A stretch of 43,961 nucleotides of DNA, from the IMG/VR virus record IMGVR_UViG_3300045988_062034; one strand, written 5' to 3'. Below are positions 32,347 to 40,271 of this stretch, in pieces. Position numbers and translations under genes: made by a program. Below the pieces are notes generated by a model. It made no database searches. It was given only the letters and a program-made list of their open reading frames with translations, and was not told the origin of the DNA. The stretch is from a virus. The stretch's first letter is position 1; every line of letters starts with the position of its first letter.

Positions 32347-32417
32347 TGCCCTCGTCCGGACTCGAACCGGCGCACACCCATATCTTCGGGCCGCTCTCCC
32401 AACTGAGCTCCAAGGGC
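32347..32417 (-). tRNA. tRNA-like element with intact acceptor, D and T arms but a defective anticodon arm (Ile-GAT-like). Possibly a pseudo-tRNA.
   Basis: GCCCTTG GA GCTC AGTTGGGA GAGC G GCCCG AAGATA TGGGT GTGC GCCGG TTCGAGT CCGGA CGAGGGC A. 71 nt, 6-nt anticodon loop, no U33, G-A mismatch in the T stem, no encoded CCA. Confidence 0.5.
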
Positions 32418-32613
32418 GTATAGCCCTTCCGGGCTATGTTGCAGGTTTACGGCTTTGCCTGCGTGCCGCTGCCGGGAGGGAGGCCCGGCAATGAGAAAGG
32501 AGGAGGAAATGGAAGGGAGCGGGAGGCATTCGCCCCCACGCTCCCATTGTCGCATATGACCCGGTTATTATGCCTCCAAATGGAGGCATGTACAAAATAT
32601 TTTTGCGATATGT

Positions 32614-32841
32614 TTAAAGATTGTGTTCCTGCTCTCCATCATCCCAACAAAGATCGTCCAAACTGACGTAGTAATAATTGGCTATCAGTTTTAGCTCCGT
32701 CAATCCCGGCTCTCGCTCACCGCGCTCATACCGCCTTAGCGCATCGTGGCTTAGACCTATCAACTCAGATGTCACCGCCATACTCCGCACTGGACGCCTG
32801 CTCTCCCTCAGCCTCCTCAACCGCTCCGGGAACTCATTCAA
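32614..32841 (-). CDS. XRE-family HTH regulator (75 aa)
   Basis: ERLRRLRESRRPVRSMAVTSELIGLSHDALRRYERGEREP. TTG start after SD aggagggg. Confidence 0.75.
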   Translation of the reverse strand: MNEFPERLRRLRESRRPVRSMAVTSELIGLSHDALRRYERGEREPGLTELKLIANYYYVSLDDLCWDDGEQEHNL

Positions 32842-32864
32842 CGGCCACCCCTCCTAAAAAATAT

Positions 32865-32893
32865 CAGATAATTTTAGCATTTTGTCTTGACAA
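32865..32893 (-). promoter_or_regulatory. Minus-strand promoter
   Basis: TTGTCA (reverse complement of 32888-32893), 17-nt spacer, TATCTG (reverse complement of 32865-32870). Confidence 0.5.
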
Positions 32894-32915
32894 CTAGGCA
32901 ATATTGGCGTATAAT
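32887..32915 (+). promoter_or_regulatory. Consensus sigma70 promoter for the plus-strand island
   Basis: TTGACA (32887-32892), 17-nt spacer, TATAAT (32910-32915). Its -35 overlaps the -35 of the divergent promoter. Confidence 0.75.
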
Positions 32916-32962
32916 ATAATCACAGCAAGGGACCGGGCAGATCAAAACTAGGAGGAGCAAAA

Positions 32963-33193
32963 ATGGAGAAATACGGATTGACGGACGAAACTATCGAGAT
33001 CCTGACGGGGAAAGCGGAAAAAATTATGAGCTACTATGACAGCTACAAGTTGGACGCGCGCGAGTGGAAAAACTACGGGAAGCACCGGGTATATGTCACG
33101 GTTAGCGGCTATCATGGAGATGACCTCCAGAAGACCTATAAACTTGCTTGGGTCGATATGGATAACGAGCAAAAAATCACCTGGCAATATTAA
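32963..33193 (+). CDS. Small hypothetical protein (76 aa)
   Basis: SD aggaggag. No domain recognised. Confidence 0.65.
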   Translation: MEKYGLTDETIEILTGKAEKIMSYYDSYKLDAREWKNYGKHRVYVTVSGYHGDDLQKTYKLAWVDMDNEQKITWQY

Positions 33194-33242
33194 CGCAGGA
33201 AACGTCCCGCCCCGGAGGTTACGAGGGCAGAAGGAGAAAAAA

Positions 33243-33494
33243 ATGGAAGTAAGAGAAGTTATCAAGATTAAAGAGTGGGTTGACGGAAGCGGATATAACT
33301 ACGAGGAGATATACAGCGACAAGCTTGTAGACGTAGCCGCCGAGGAGGACGTACAAGGAGACTTTGGCTGGGACTGGTGGGAGAAAGTTGAGCCCGCCAC
33401 TGGGACCGGGGACTTGAGGATTGTCGTGGAATATCACAGAGTATCAGATGATACGATGATCGCAAAATTTGAAGCATGGCAAAGCGAAATCTAA
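33243..33494 (+). CDS. Small, strongly acidic hypothetical protein (83 aa)
   Basis: SD gaaggaga. By my count, 21 D/E versus 8 K/R. Trp-rich. Confidence 0.65.
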   Translation: MEVREVIKIKEWVDGSGYNYEEIYSDKLVDVAAEEDVQGDFGWDWWEKVEPATGTGDLRIVVEYHRVSDDTMIAKFEAWQSEI

Positions 33495-33548
33495 AAACAG
33501 AAATCTCACCCCGAAACTCACGATGGCAACAAAAAAGGAGGATGTAAA

Positions 33549-33887
33549 ATGGAAAAAGCCAATGAAATCACTCTTATCGCTATGTCCTACTTCGGCGGGA
33601 AAGCAGTAGTCAAGTTTTCTGAGGACGGATGGGATGTCGTGTCCGATGACCGCAAAGCCCAAGATGGATATCTCCACTTGGACGCTTCCGCGCCTGGCGG
33701 CATCCCGGATGACTTAACCGAGCCTGTCAAAATACAGCTTATGCGTTACCTGTACAAGCATCACCATGACCTCCCCGGCCTGGGAGTTCCACCTCAAATC
33801 AAGTATTTTAGGGGATATAGTCTGGATGACGTGGAGCGGCTCGGTAACGACGGTGAGCACGGATACTACAACCAGGTGATCAAATGA
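33549..33887 (+). CDS. Acidic hypothetical protein (112 aa)
   Basis: SD aaaggagga. By my count, 18 D/E versus 12 K/R. Confidence 0.65.
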   Translation: MEKANEITLIAMSYFGGKAVVKFSEDGWDVVSDDRKAQDGYLHLDASAPGGIPDDLTEPVKIQLMRYLYKHHHDLPGLGVPPQIKYFRGYSLDDVERLGNDGEHGYYNQVIK

Positions 33888-34165
33888 GACGGAAATATGG
33901 AGACTGTATCCGGGCAGACGGCGACTGCACCGTCTGCCCCCTGGTGTCTTACGGACGTGACTGCCGCAATAAGCCAATCACAAATCTGGAGTGGGCCCGC
34001 CGCCGTGAGCACATGAGCCTCGACGAGCTATCAGCGCGGTCCGGCGTCAATAAAAGACAGATCCAGCGCATCGAGCAGGGCGAGGGTAAGATGGGCAACG
34101 TCACCCTCACCAATGCTCTGGCTCTGGCGGACGCGCTGGACGTGGATGTGAGGGAGCTGCTGTAA
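33884..34165 (+). CDS. Cys-rich N-terminus fused to an XRE-family HTH (Aca-like position)
   Basis: CIRADGDCTVCP...C, then LSARSGVNKRQIQRIEQGEGK. ATGA coupling to the upstream gene. Confidence 0.75.
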   Translation: MRRKYGDCIRADGDCTVCPLVSYGRDCRNKPITNLEWARRREHMSLDELSARSGVNKRQIQRIEQGEGKMGNVTLTNALALADALDVDVRELL

Positions 34166-34196
34166 TGTGCGCTCTACCGCGCATCCCCCCCGCGCC

Positions 34197-34226
34197 AAGC
34201 CGCCCCATCACAGGGGCGGCTTTTTT
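34197..34226. terminator. Bidirectional terminator between convergent operons
   Basis: aagccgcccc atcaca ggggcggctt followed by TTTTgTTT. Confidence 0.75.
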
Positions 34227-34432
34227 GTTTCCCCGCCGGGCGGTTCCGGCAGCGGCATCCAGTGAGTCGGTGGTGTGTCGCAGTCGGTATAATACTCCGC
34301 ATCTGTGATGGAGTACCACCCATCATCAAGCTCATATTTCCCGCCAACAGCCATTTGGGAGGTCTCAAAACACAAAAGTACATCTTTGTCTGGCACTGGC
34401 AGTCTATCCACCACGCTGATCCACTCGCTCAC
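34208..34432 (-). CDS. DUF551-like protein
   Basis: WISVVDRLP...THWMPLPEPP. Confidence 0.6.
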   Translation of the reverse strand: MSEWISVVDRLPVPDKDVLLCFETSQMAVGGKYELDDGWYSITDAEYYTDCDTPPTHWMPLPEPPGGETKKPPL

Positions 34433-34767
34433 GTTTCCCCACCCTCCATTTCAATCAAAAACGCCGCATTGCAGGCCAAATGCCACAAATGAGGCAAGCC
34501 GCTCTCCTGATCGTACTGCTCGCCTTTGAGATAGGCCAGCCAGTGCCGGTACAAAGCATCCCTGTAGCGCTGCGGCTCAACCTGATGCCAGTTGTCCGGA
34601 TCGTGGTACTTGGCGCACCCAAACATGCGTACCGCTGCCACGGCCTCAATCAGCGAGACCGGGACCAGCGTGGGGCGCGGCTTCCCGGCGTCGGCTTTGG
34701 CATCTGCTCCGATCCCTCTCGGCCCACGGTTAGGGGACACAGCCTCAGCAACAACCAGGCTATCCAT
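34429..34767 (-). CDS. DUF5664-like (dATP/dGTP diphosphohydrolase-like N-terminal domain) protein
   Basis: KPRPTLVPVSLIEAVAAVRMFGCAKY...RHWLAY...ESGLPHLWHLACNAAFL. Confidence 0.5.
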   Translation of the reverse strand: MDSLVVAEAVSPNRGPRGIGADAKADAGKPRPTLVPVSLIEAVAAVRMFGCAKYHDPDNWHQVEPQRYRDALYRHWLAYLKGEQYDQESGLPHLWHLACNAAFLIEMEGGET

Positions 34768-34963
34768 GCTCGTCCTCCTTATCCCGTTCCATGCAAAACC
34801 GGATATACTCCTCGATAAATTTCATATCATTTTCGGCTCCCTCGATTTTCCCCTTCCAGCCGCAGGAGGGGCAATAAAAAGTATCCCCACGCCCTCCGTT
34901 TCCACAGTTTCCACCACAGTTGGGGCACTCAGCGTCGGCAAAAAACAGGTTATCCACTGTCAT
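34760..34963 (-). CDS. Zinc-ribbon hypothetical protein (67 aa)
   Basis: CPNCGGNC...CPSCG. Confidence 0.5.
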   Translation of the reverse strand: MTVDNLFFADAECPNCGGNCGNGGRGDTFYCPSCGWKGKIEGAENDMKFIEEYIRFCMERDKEDEHG

Positions 34964-35186
34964 CCTCCACAATGTGCCCTTTGCACCCCGTCTGGTAGTC
35001 AAAATTGTCGCAGTCTCCCATAGGCAGTACACGGCGGCCCAGAGCAAGCTGATACCTCAAAGCCTCCTTAACCTCCTCGGTTGTCATCAATGTGCGCCCA
35101 TCTATGGTTATGCACCCCTTAATGTCCTTTGCGTTGCGGATTCCGCCCTCGATATCCAGGCAGCAGTGGATCAATCTTTTAGCCAT
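34950..35186 (-). CDS. Hypothetical protein (78 aa)
   Basis: SD ggaggtgg upstream of ATG 35186. Confidence 0.5.
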   Translation of the reverse strand: MAKRLIHCCLDIEGGIRNAKDIKGCITIDGRTLMTTEEVKEALRYQLALGRRVLPMGDCDNFDYQTGCKGHIVEDDSG

Positions 35187-35187
35187 C

Positions 35188-35763
35188 TCAGCCACCTCCA
35201 AGGGCCTCATCCTTGCTGATCCGCTCAAACTCGATCACCCACACCCACGGGTTGGCCTCCCAGCCATAGAGGTGCAGGTCTGCGGGCTTGATGGTGCTGT
35301 CCCACACTCTGGCAAACTGGCTACAAGAGACGCAGCCCTCGTCTTTCGCCTGCATATTCCCGCAGTCCTGCAACCGCTCCACCCGAATACAGGTGACCAG
35401 CAGGAAGATCCGGGCGGCCTCCCGTGGCATATAGATGGATGGTTTCCACTTCTGACCTGCTCCAGGCACCTCGGTCGGATAGATGTATCCATCCCCGAAC
35501 GGGTTTTTTGCCCAGGTCTCCCGCACCCACAGGATGTCGCCTGCCCAACATGGAGCCTTAATAGTTTCGGCCCAATCGAGGAAAACGCCGCCCTCTCCTC
35601 CATTCCCGCACAGCATATCAAACGTTTGCTCGTAGTCATCACAATCCAAAACAGTATGGGCCCCTTTCGGCTGCGGCTTCACCACCCGCCGTGTGACGGT
35701 CTTCCGCCCCTCCATGATAACCCGCACCATTTCGGTGTTAAACAGGATTTGTTTCATGTTCAT
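35188..35763 (-). CDS. ASCH-like domain protein
   Basis: MKQILFNTEMVRVIMEGRKTVTRRVVKPQP is a typical N-terminus. Confidence 0.55.
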   Translation of the reverse strand: MNMKQILFNTEMVRVIMEGRKTVTRRVVKPQPKGAHTVLDCDDYEQTFDMLCGNGGEGGVFLDWAETIKAPCWAGDILWVRETWAKNPFGDGYIYPTEVPGAGQKWKPSIYMPREAARIFLLVTCIRVERLQDCGNMQAKDEGCVSCSQFARVWDSTIKPADLHLYGWEANPWVWVIEFERISKDEALGGG

Positions 35764-36155
35764 GCCTCTCCTTCCTCCGGATTGCGGCGGTAGGCCAGCC
35801 ACGCCTCTCCATAGTATTTGGATGGCAAATCACAGGCTCTTAACATACCGTTGTATTTCTGGACATACTGCTCCAATTTGCCATAATAGGGGGCGTATTC
35901 ATCATCGAAAAAACCTTTACAGGCTCCGATGTGTTGGATGTAGATTTTATCCCCGTCCATCTCCCGCAGCTCCTCCAGGGTTAGGGGGTCGTTGGGAGGC
36001 GAGATAAGTGCTGCAATTTCTTCCGGCTCCACCCCCATCTCCTCATAGGCGGCGAGGCGGTCAACGTGCAGTCCGCTCTCTTCACGGCCATCAATATTGA
36101 CACGCCATTCTCCGCCGCCCTGGCCATCGTCACACCAGTATGTCAGCCTCTCCAT
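35760..36155 (-). CDS. Hypothetical protein (131 aa)
   Basis: Clean ORF, ATGA-coupled. Confidence 0.55.
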   Translation of the reverse strand: MERLTYWCDDGQGGGEWRVNIDGREESGLHVDRLAAYEEMGVEPEEIAALISPPNDPLTLEELREMDGDKIYIQHIGACKGFFDDEYAPYYGKLEQYVQKYNGMLRACDLPSKYYGEAWLAYRRNPEEGEA

Positions 36156-36157
36156 GC

Positions 36158-36574
36158 TTATCCCTCCCCTAAAGCCAGTTGTCCGCCCTGATAGAGTTGA
36201 TACAGGGTATTGCCTCGACCGTCGGTCATGTAGGGCAGAAATACCTCGTCCATGCTCACCATCCCGGCCTCAATGATCGCCATTTGCGCCAGCACCCAGT
36301 CTCGGATATTGCGCCAGCCTGTCCGCTCCGCCTGTGCCAGGTCTGCCTTGACTTTTTGCCGGTGGAGCACCGCCATCACACCGTTGATGTTAGCCGGGAG
36401 ACGGAACGCCCGCCGCCCGGTCGGGGTCTCGATAGCAAAGGCTACACCGGTGGGACGTCCCTGGTCATCATACTCCACCATAATCTGTCGCGCCCCATGC
36501 GCCGCGAGCGCCCCCTGAATCTCACCCAGGCTCGTGTACACGTCTACCCCGGACGTGTAATTTTTTATGGCCAT
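36158..36574 (-). CDS. Hypothetical protein (138 aa)
   Basis: Clean ORF. Confidence 0.55.
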   Translation of the reverse strand: MAIKNYTSGVDVYTSLGEIQGALAAHGARQIMVEYDDQGRPTGVAFAIETPTGRRAFRLPANINGVMAVLHRQKVKADLAQAERTGWRNIRDWVLAQMAIIEAGMVSMDEVFLPYMTDGRGNTLYQLYQGGQLALGEG

Positions 36575-36577
36575 CGC

Positions 36578-36937
36578 TCATCCCTCCTTCTGCGGCCCGC
36601 GATGCCTGGAACAAAAATCATTCGGCCCATGCGGGTTGTCATCTCCGTCACAGTACCCAATTTGGTACTGTCCCCATCCGTTTCCACCCCAAAGGACACA
36701 GGTCTTACAGGTCTTTGGGGGCTCTCCACCAAGTAGTTTATACGCCGCATCCCTCTCACGCTTCACTTGCTCCAGCTCGGCCCGGAGCGCGGAGAGCGCG
36801 GCGGAGGCATCCGCCGTCATGCGCGGGATGCATCTGCTCATATCCCCGCCCGCATAGTAAGCGTAATTTCTGCACTGCCGGACGTTCGGCTGACTCCCGC
36901 ACAGCCTTATGGCCTCAATCAGCTTATCAATATCCAC
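36578..36937 (-). CDS. Cys-rich hypothetical protein (119 aa)
   Basis: GTG 36937 after SD ggaggagga. The upstream part of the track ORF looks like out-of-frame read-through. Confidence 0.45.
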   Translation of the reverse strand: MDIDKLIEAIRLCGSQPNVRQCRNYAYYAGGDMSRCIPRMTADASAALSALRAELEQVKRERDAAYKLLGGEPPKTCKTCVLWGGNGWGQYQIGYCDGDDNPHGPNDFCSRHRGPQKEG

Positions 36938-37179
36938 TATGTTCCTCCTCCTGCCCGCGCCACCCACTGCCCATACGTCATCCCATGGGCCCGGGCCTCC
37001 GCTGCCACTTGGGCCAGGCTTTGCCCCTGTGGTCTTGATTTCGTCCGTTTCCGTTCTCTCCGCCTGGCCTCCCACTCAATATCCATACACTTTGAGCACA
37101 GGATGCGGCCTTTCCGTTTGTTCCGCCCCGAAAACTCAATCCCGCATCGCTCACAGGTATAAATCAGTATTTTTCTCAT
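36937..37179 (-). CDS. Zinc-ribbon small basic protein (80 aa)
   Basis: CERCG...CSKC, then a basic linker and the motif AHGMTYGQWVA. Confidence 0.5.
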   Translation of the reverse strand: MRKILIYTCERCGIEFSGRNKRKGRILCSKCMDIEWEARRRERKRTKSRPQGQSLAQVAAEARAHGMTYGQWVARAGGGT

Positions 37180-37549
37180 ATTTCCGTACCTCAACCAGGA
37201 TAGCGCCTCCGTCCCAAAACTCGTGGGATACTTTACGCACCCACTTTCGGTTATCATCCGGGAGCAAATAGCCCTTCATGGCGTCTACCACGGCTTTCCC
37301 AATGACGGCGTGGTTATCAATGTCCAGGTTATCGTCCCAGCAAAATCTGACTTCCACCGGTCCCGTCACCATTTTCTTTCTGACCTTCGCCTGTTTCATT
37401 GCCGCCCAGGCGATGGTGTGCAGCTCCTGCGCGTCTTTTTTTCTCACCTGATGGTGTTTCCCGGCGTAGTAGGCATTCAGCCCGTACCGCTTGTTCCACG
37501 CTGTCTTACCCGCTTTGGTGGGCGGATATGGGATCATAAATTTAATCAT
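37151..37549 (-). CDS. RusA-like Holliday junction resolvase (tentative)
   Basis: YPPTKAGKTAWN...NAYYAGKHHQVRKK...DIDNHAVIGKAVVDAM...PDDN. Confidence 0.45.
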   Translation of the reverse strand: MIKFMIPYPPTKAGKTAWNKRYGLNAYYAGKHHQVRKKDAQELHTIAWAAMKQAKVRKKMVTGPVEVRFCWDDNLDIDNHAVIGKAVVDAMKGYLLPDDNRKWVRKVSHEFWDGGAILVEVRKYEKNTDLYL

Positions 37550-37652
37550 GGTCCAGAGCCCTTCCCGCCATTTCCAGCGCCTCCACAAACTGCGCATATA
37601 TCTCGTCAAAATCAGACCCAATGCCGATCATGGCCCGATATTTCATCTCCAT
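37542..37652 (-). CDS. Possible small ORF (36 aa)
   Basis: Fills the gap between dnaB and the RusA-like gene. Weak SD. Confidence 0.25.
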   Translation of the reverse strand: MEMKYRAMIGIGSDFDEIYAQFVEALEMAGRALDHD

Positions 37653-37680
37653 CCCTTTCAGGATCGCCCTTGCCCTTCTC

Positions 37681-38946
37681 CTATCCACGGTGGCGCACCT
37701 CCAGTATTCGTCCGCTCCTCATGTACCAGTTGAGCTCAATTTTCCCCGTCCTACCGTGGCGGTTCTTTGCCACTGTGACCTCCATGGGTGTGGGACCATA
37801 TTCGTCCGCATCCTCTATCGCCGGCCTGTGTATGAGCAGTACACCGTCCGCATCCTGCTCTATGGCTCCGCTGTCCCGCAAATCGGAAAGTCGCGGCTCC
37901 TGGTTTTGCCGCCCCTCTACTCCCCGATTGAGCTGTGCCAGACATAGAACTGGCGTCTCCAGGCCCCGCGCCATCCGCTTGAGCTGATTACTTGTGCCAG
38001 TGACTCGCTCATAAAGACTCTTACCTGCGTCGTGCTTCATCAGTCCCAGGTAGTCGATGATCACCACATCCGCCCGGTTCTGTTTGGCGAGGAACTGAAT
38101 TTCAGAGGTGTTCAGGGAGGCCCTTCTGTTAAAAAACAATGGCCGTTTGGCGAGCTTCACGAGGCTTTCCCCCACGGCTTTCCGCTCCTCCTCCGACAGT
38201 TCTCCCCGCAGGATCTGGGCCGCCGTGGCACGCCCCACATCCGCCGCCACCCTGCGGGCCATGAGCTGCTTTCTTGACATCTCCAGGCTGATAAAAAGGA
38301 TTCGCCTCCCCCTTTCCAGCATCCGTTCCGCCAGCGCTGCGGCCAGCGTGGTTTTTCCGCAGCCAGGCCGGGCGGCCAGGATATACAGTCCCTCCCGGAT
38401 CAGACCGCCCCCCAGGATGCGGTCAAGATCCGAAATTCCGGTCTCCACGAAGGCCCGATACCCCTCATCTACACGGTCCAGGTCCTCCAGAAGTTCCGCA
38501 GCCGCCTCCCGCGCCGATACCACTCCGGCGTCGTAGCTGCCCTCTGCGATGCGCTCCGTCAGCGTCAGCAGCTCCGTCGCCTCTCCCAGCGGGTCATGGC
38601 CCGCCAGCAGGGCGTCCGCCCGCTCCTGTATGCCCGCCAGCAGCTCCCGGCGCAGAAACTCCGTATGCAGCGCCTCACAGTATGCCCCCACATTGGCCGC
38701 CGTCAACGTGATCTCCATGGCCTGCTGCGAGAAGGCGTCGTCCCACTCCGCCGCCCGGCTCCGGATCGTCACGGGGTCTACCGTCGCTCCCTCGTCGGAA
38801 AGCTCGCAGGCGGCCTCGTAGATGGCCCGGCACCGCCGGTCCCCGAACATCTCCGGCGTAATCGTCCGCCGCACCTCATCCAGACACCTGGGGTCGATCA
38901 GGATGGACCCGGCAAGCGATACGTCGGGCGATATGCCCTGTTTCAT
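37681..38946 (-). CDS. dnaB: Replicative DNA helicase (DnaB family)
   Basis: Walker A ARPGCGKT, plus IIDYLGLM and SGAIEQDAD. ATGA coupling to the upstream gene. Confidence 0.9.
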   Translation of the reverse strand: MKQGISPDVSLAGSILIDPRCLDEVRRTITPEMFGDRRCRAIYEAACELSDEGATVDPVTIRSRAAEWDDAFSQQAMEITLTAANVGAYCEALHTEFLRRELLAGIQERADALLAGHDPLGEATELLTLTERIAEGSYDAGVVSAREAAAELLEDLDRVDEGYRAFVETGISDLDRILGGGLIREGLYILAARPGCGKTTLAAALAERMLERGRRILFISLEMSRKQLMARRVAADVGRATAAQILRGELSEEERKAVGESLVKLAKRPLFFNRRASLNTSEIQFLAKQNRADVVIIDYLGLMKHDAGKSLYERVTGTSNQLKRMARGLETPVLCLAQLNRGVEGRQNQEPRLSDLRDSGAIEQDADGVLLIHRPAIEDADEYGPTPMEVTVAKNRHGRTGKIELNWYMRSGRILEVRHRG

Positions 38947-39842
38947 GCTTTCACCTCTACATCTACCAGCTTCCCATCGATCTCCACCGTCTGATATCTC
39001 TTTGCAGGGCGCGGCGGAGCTGTGGGCGGTTCTGTCTGATTTCTCCGCTTCTCCAGCTCGTCCCAGTCCTCCATGCTCTTCACACCCTGCTTCCGCTTGG
39101 CGTCCAGTACGCCTTTTACATATTTCCAAGTCAATACACCGCCCTCGATGGCCTCGTCCATCCCGCGAATGCAGCATTCAGGCCCCATAGCGCTGATATA
39201 TGCCTTCAACTCATCCGCTGCCCTTTGGGTCATCTGGGGGCAGATGTGGTCAAAATAGTAACCAAACACATGAGCGATATCAGGGTCCTTACGCGCGCAC
39301 GCGCGTACCTCCTCTCCTTTACTTTCCTTTACTTTACTTTTATAGGCATTTGCCTGGGGCAAATGACCATCTGCCGGTGGCAAATGCTCATTTGCAGGTG
39401 GAGCATTCTCATATGAGGCGCACTTTTCCAGACCCCTCGATTCTTCATCGTTCAGGAGCCAGTAATCTGATATGACGGCTTTTCTGCGCCGCTCCTGGAT
39501 CGCGGCGTAGAATCGCCTCTGTATACCTCTACTCGTTAAGATGCCCCACCCGTCAAACAGCCCCTGATCAAAGAGACCAATTTGCAAGCAGTATCTCACC
39601 GTCTCCTCAACGGTCCCGGACCCAATGCCGCCCCCCATCCGCCTTGCGGTGGATGCAGAATCGTCATAAGCCCAACGGTAGAAGTATCCGTCAAATTTGT
39701 AAGCCATCTGGCACAGGTAAAAATAAATGCCGAACCCGGTCCAGCCCTGTGCGTCCAGGAGCTTGTCGATCTTTGTGTCGCCGTCAAAGAGATTCACCGA
39801 CCACCCGGCATAGTCAAGCCCGGTCTTCGGTTTTCCCGCCAT
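38943..39842 (-). CDS. Replication initiation or helicase-loading protein (DUF4373-like N-terminus plus DnaD-like C-terminus)
   Basis: FDGDTKIDKLLDAQGWTGFGIYFYLCQMAY; C-terminal YISAMGPECCIRGMDEAIEGGVLTWKYVKGVL. Confidence 0.65.
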   Translation of the reverse strand: MAGKPKTGLDYAGWSVNLFDGDTKIDKLLDAQGWTGFGIYFYLCQMAYKFDGYFYRWAYDDSASTARRMGGGIGSGTVEETVRYCLQIGLFDQGLFDGWGILTSRGIQRRFYAAIQERRRKAVISDYWLLNDEESRGLEKCASYENAPPANEHLPPADGHLPQANAYKSKVKESKGEEVRACARKDPDIAHVFGYYFDHICPQMTQRAADELKAYISAMGPECCIRGMDEAIEGGVLTWKYVKGVLDAKRKQGVKSMEDWDELEKRRNQTEPPTAPPRPAKRYQTVEIDGKLVDVEVKA

Positions 39843-39857
39843 GATCTCGGTACCCCC

Positions 39858-40271
39858 TTAAAAGGGGAGATCGCCGTCATCGTCCTCAAGCTCAGCGAAT
39901 CCGTCTCCAGGCTGTTGAGGCGCGGCATAGCCGCCGCCATCGGCGTCCCGCTTGGAGTCACCAAAATAGACGTTGTCGGCCACTACCTCTGCGGCGGTGC
40001 GCTTATTGCCGTTCCGGTCCGTGTAATCCCGGATCTGGAGACGGCCTTCCACGACGGCCATACGGCCCTTGGTGAAATACCGGGAGACAAACTCGGCGGT
40101 GGAGCGCCAGGCAACCACATTGATGAAGTCCGCCTTCTTCTCCCCGGTCTCCTTGTCCTTGAAGTCCCGGTCCACGGCCAGGGAGAAGGACGCCACGGCG
40201 GTGCCGTTCTGGGTGTTCCGGAGCTCGGGGTTTTTGCAAAGCCGTCCCTGCAAAAATATTTTGTTCAGCAT
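39858..40271 (-). CDS. ssb: Single-stranded DNA-binding protein
   Basis: MLNKIFLQGRLCKNPELR... OB fold. Acidic tail DDDGDLPF. Confidence 0.9.
   Translation of the reverse strand: MLNKIFLQGRLCKNPELRNTQNGTAVASFSLAVDRDFKDKETGEKKADFINVVAWRSTAEFVSRYFTKGRMAVVEGRLQIRDYTDRNGNKRTAAEVVADNVYFGDSKRDADGGGYAAPQQPGDGFAELEDDDGDLPF

Noticed and set aside
32283-32555. 90-aa minus-strand ORF
   Set aside because: It overlaps the tRNA-like element completely and has no coding features.
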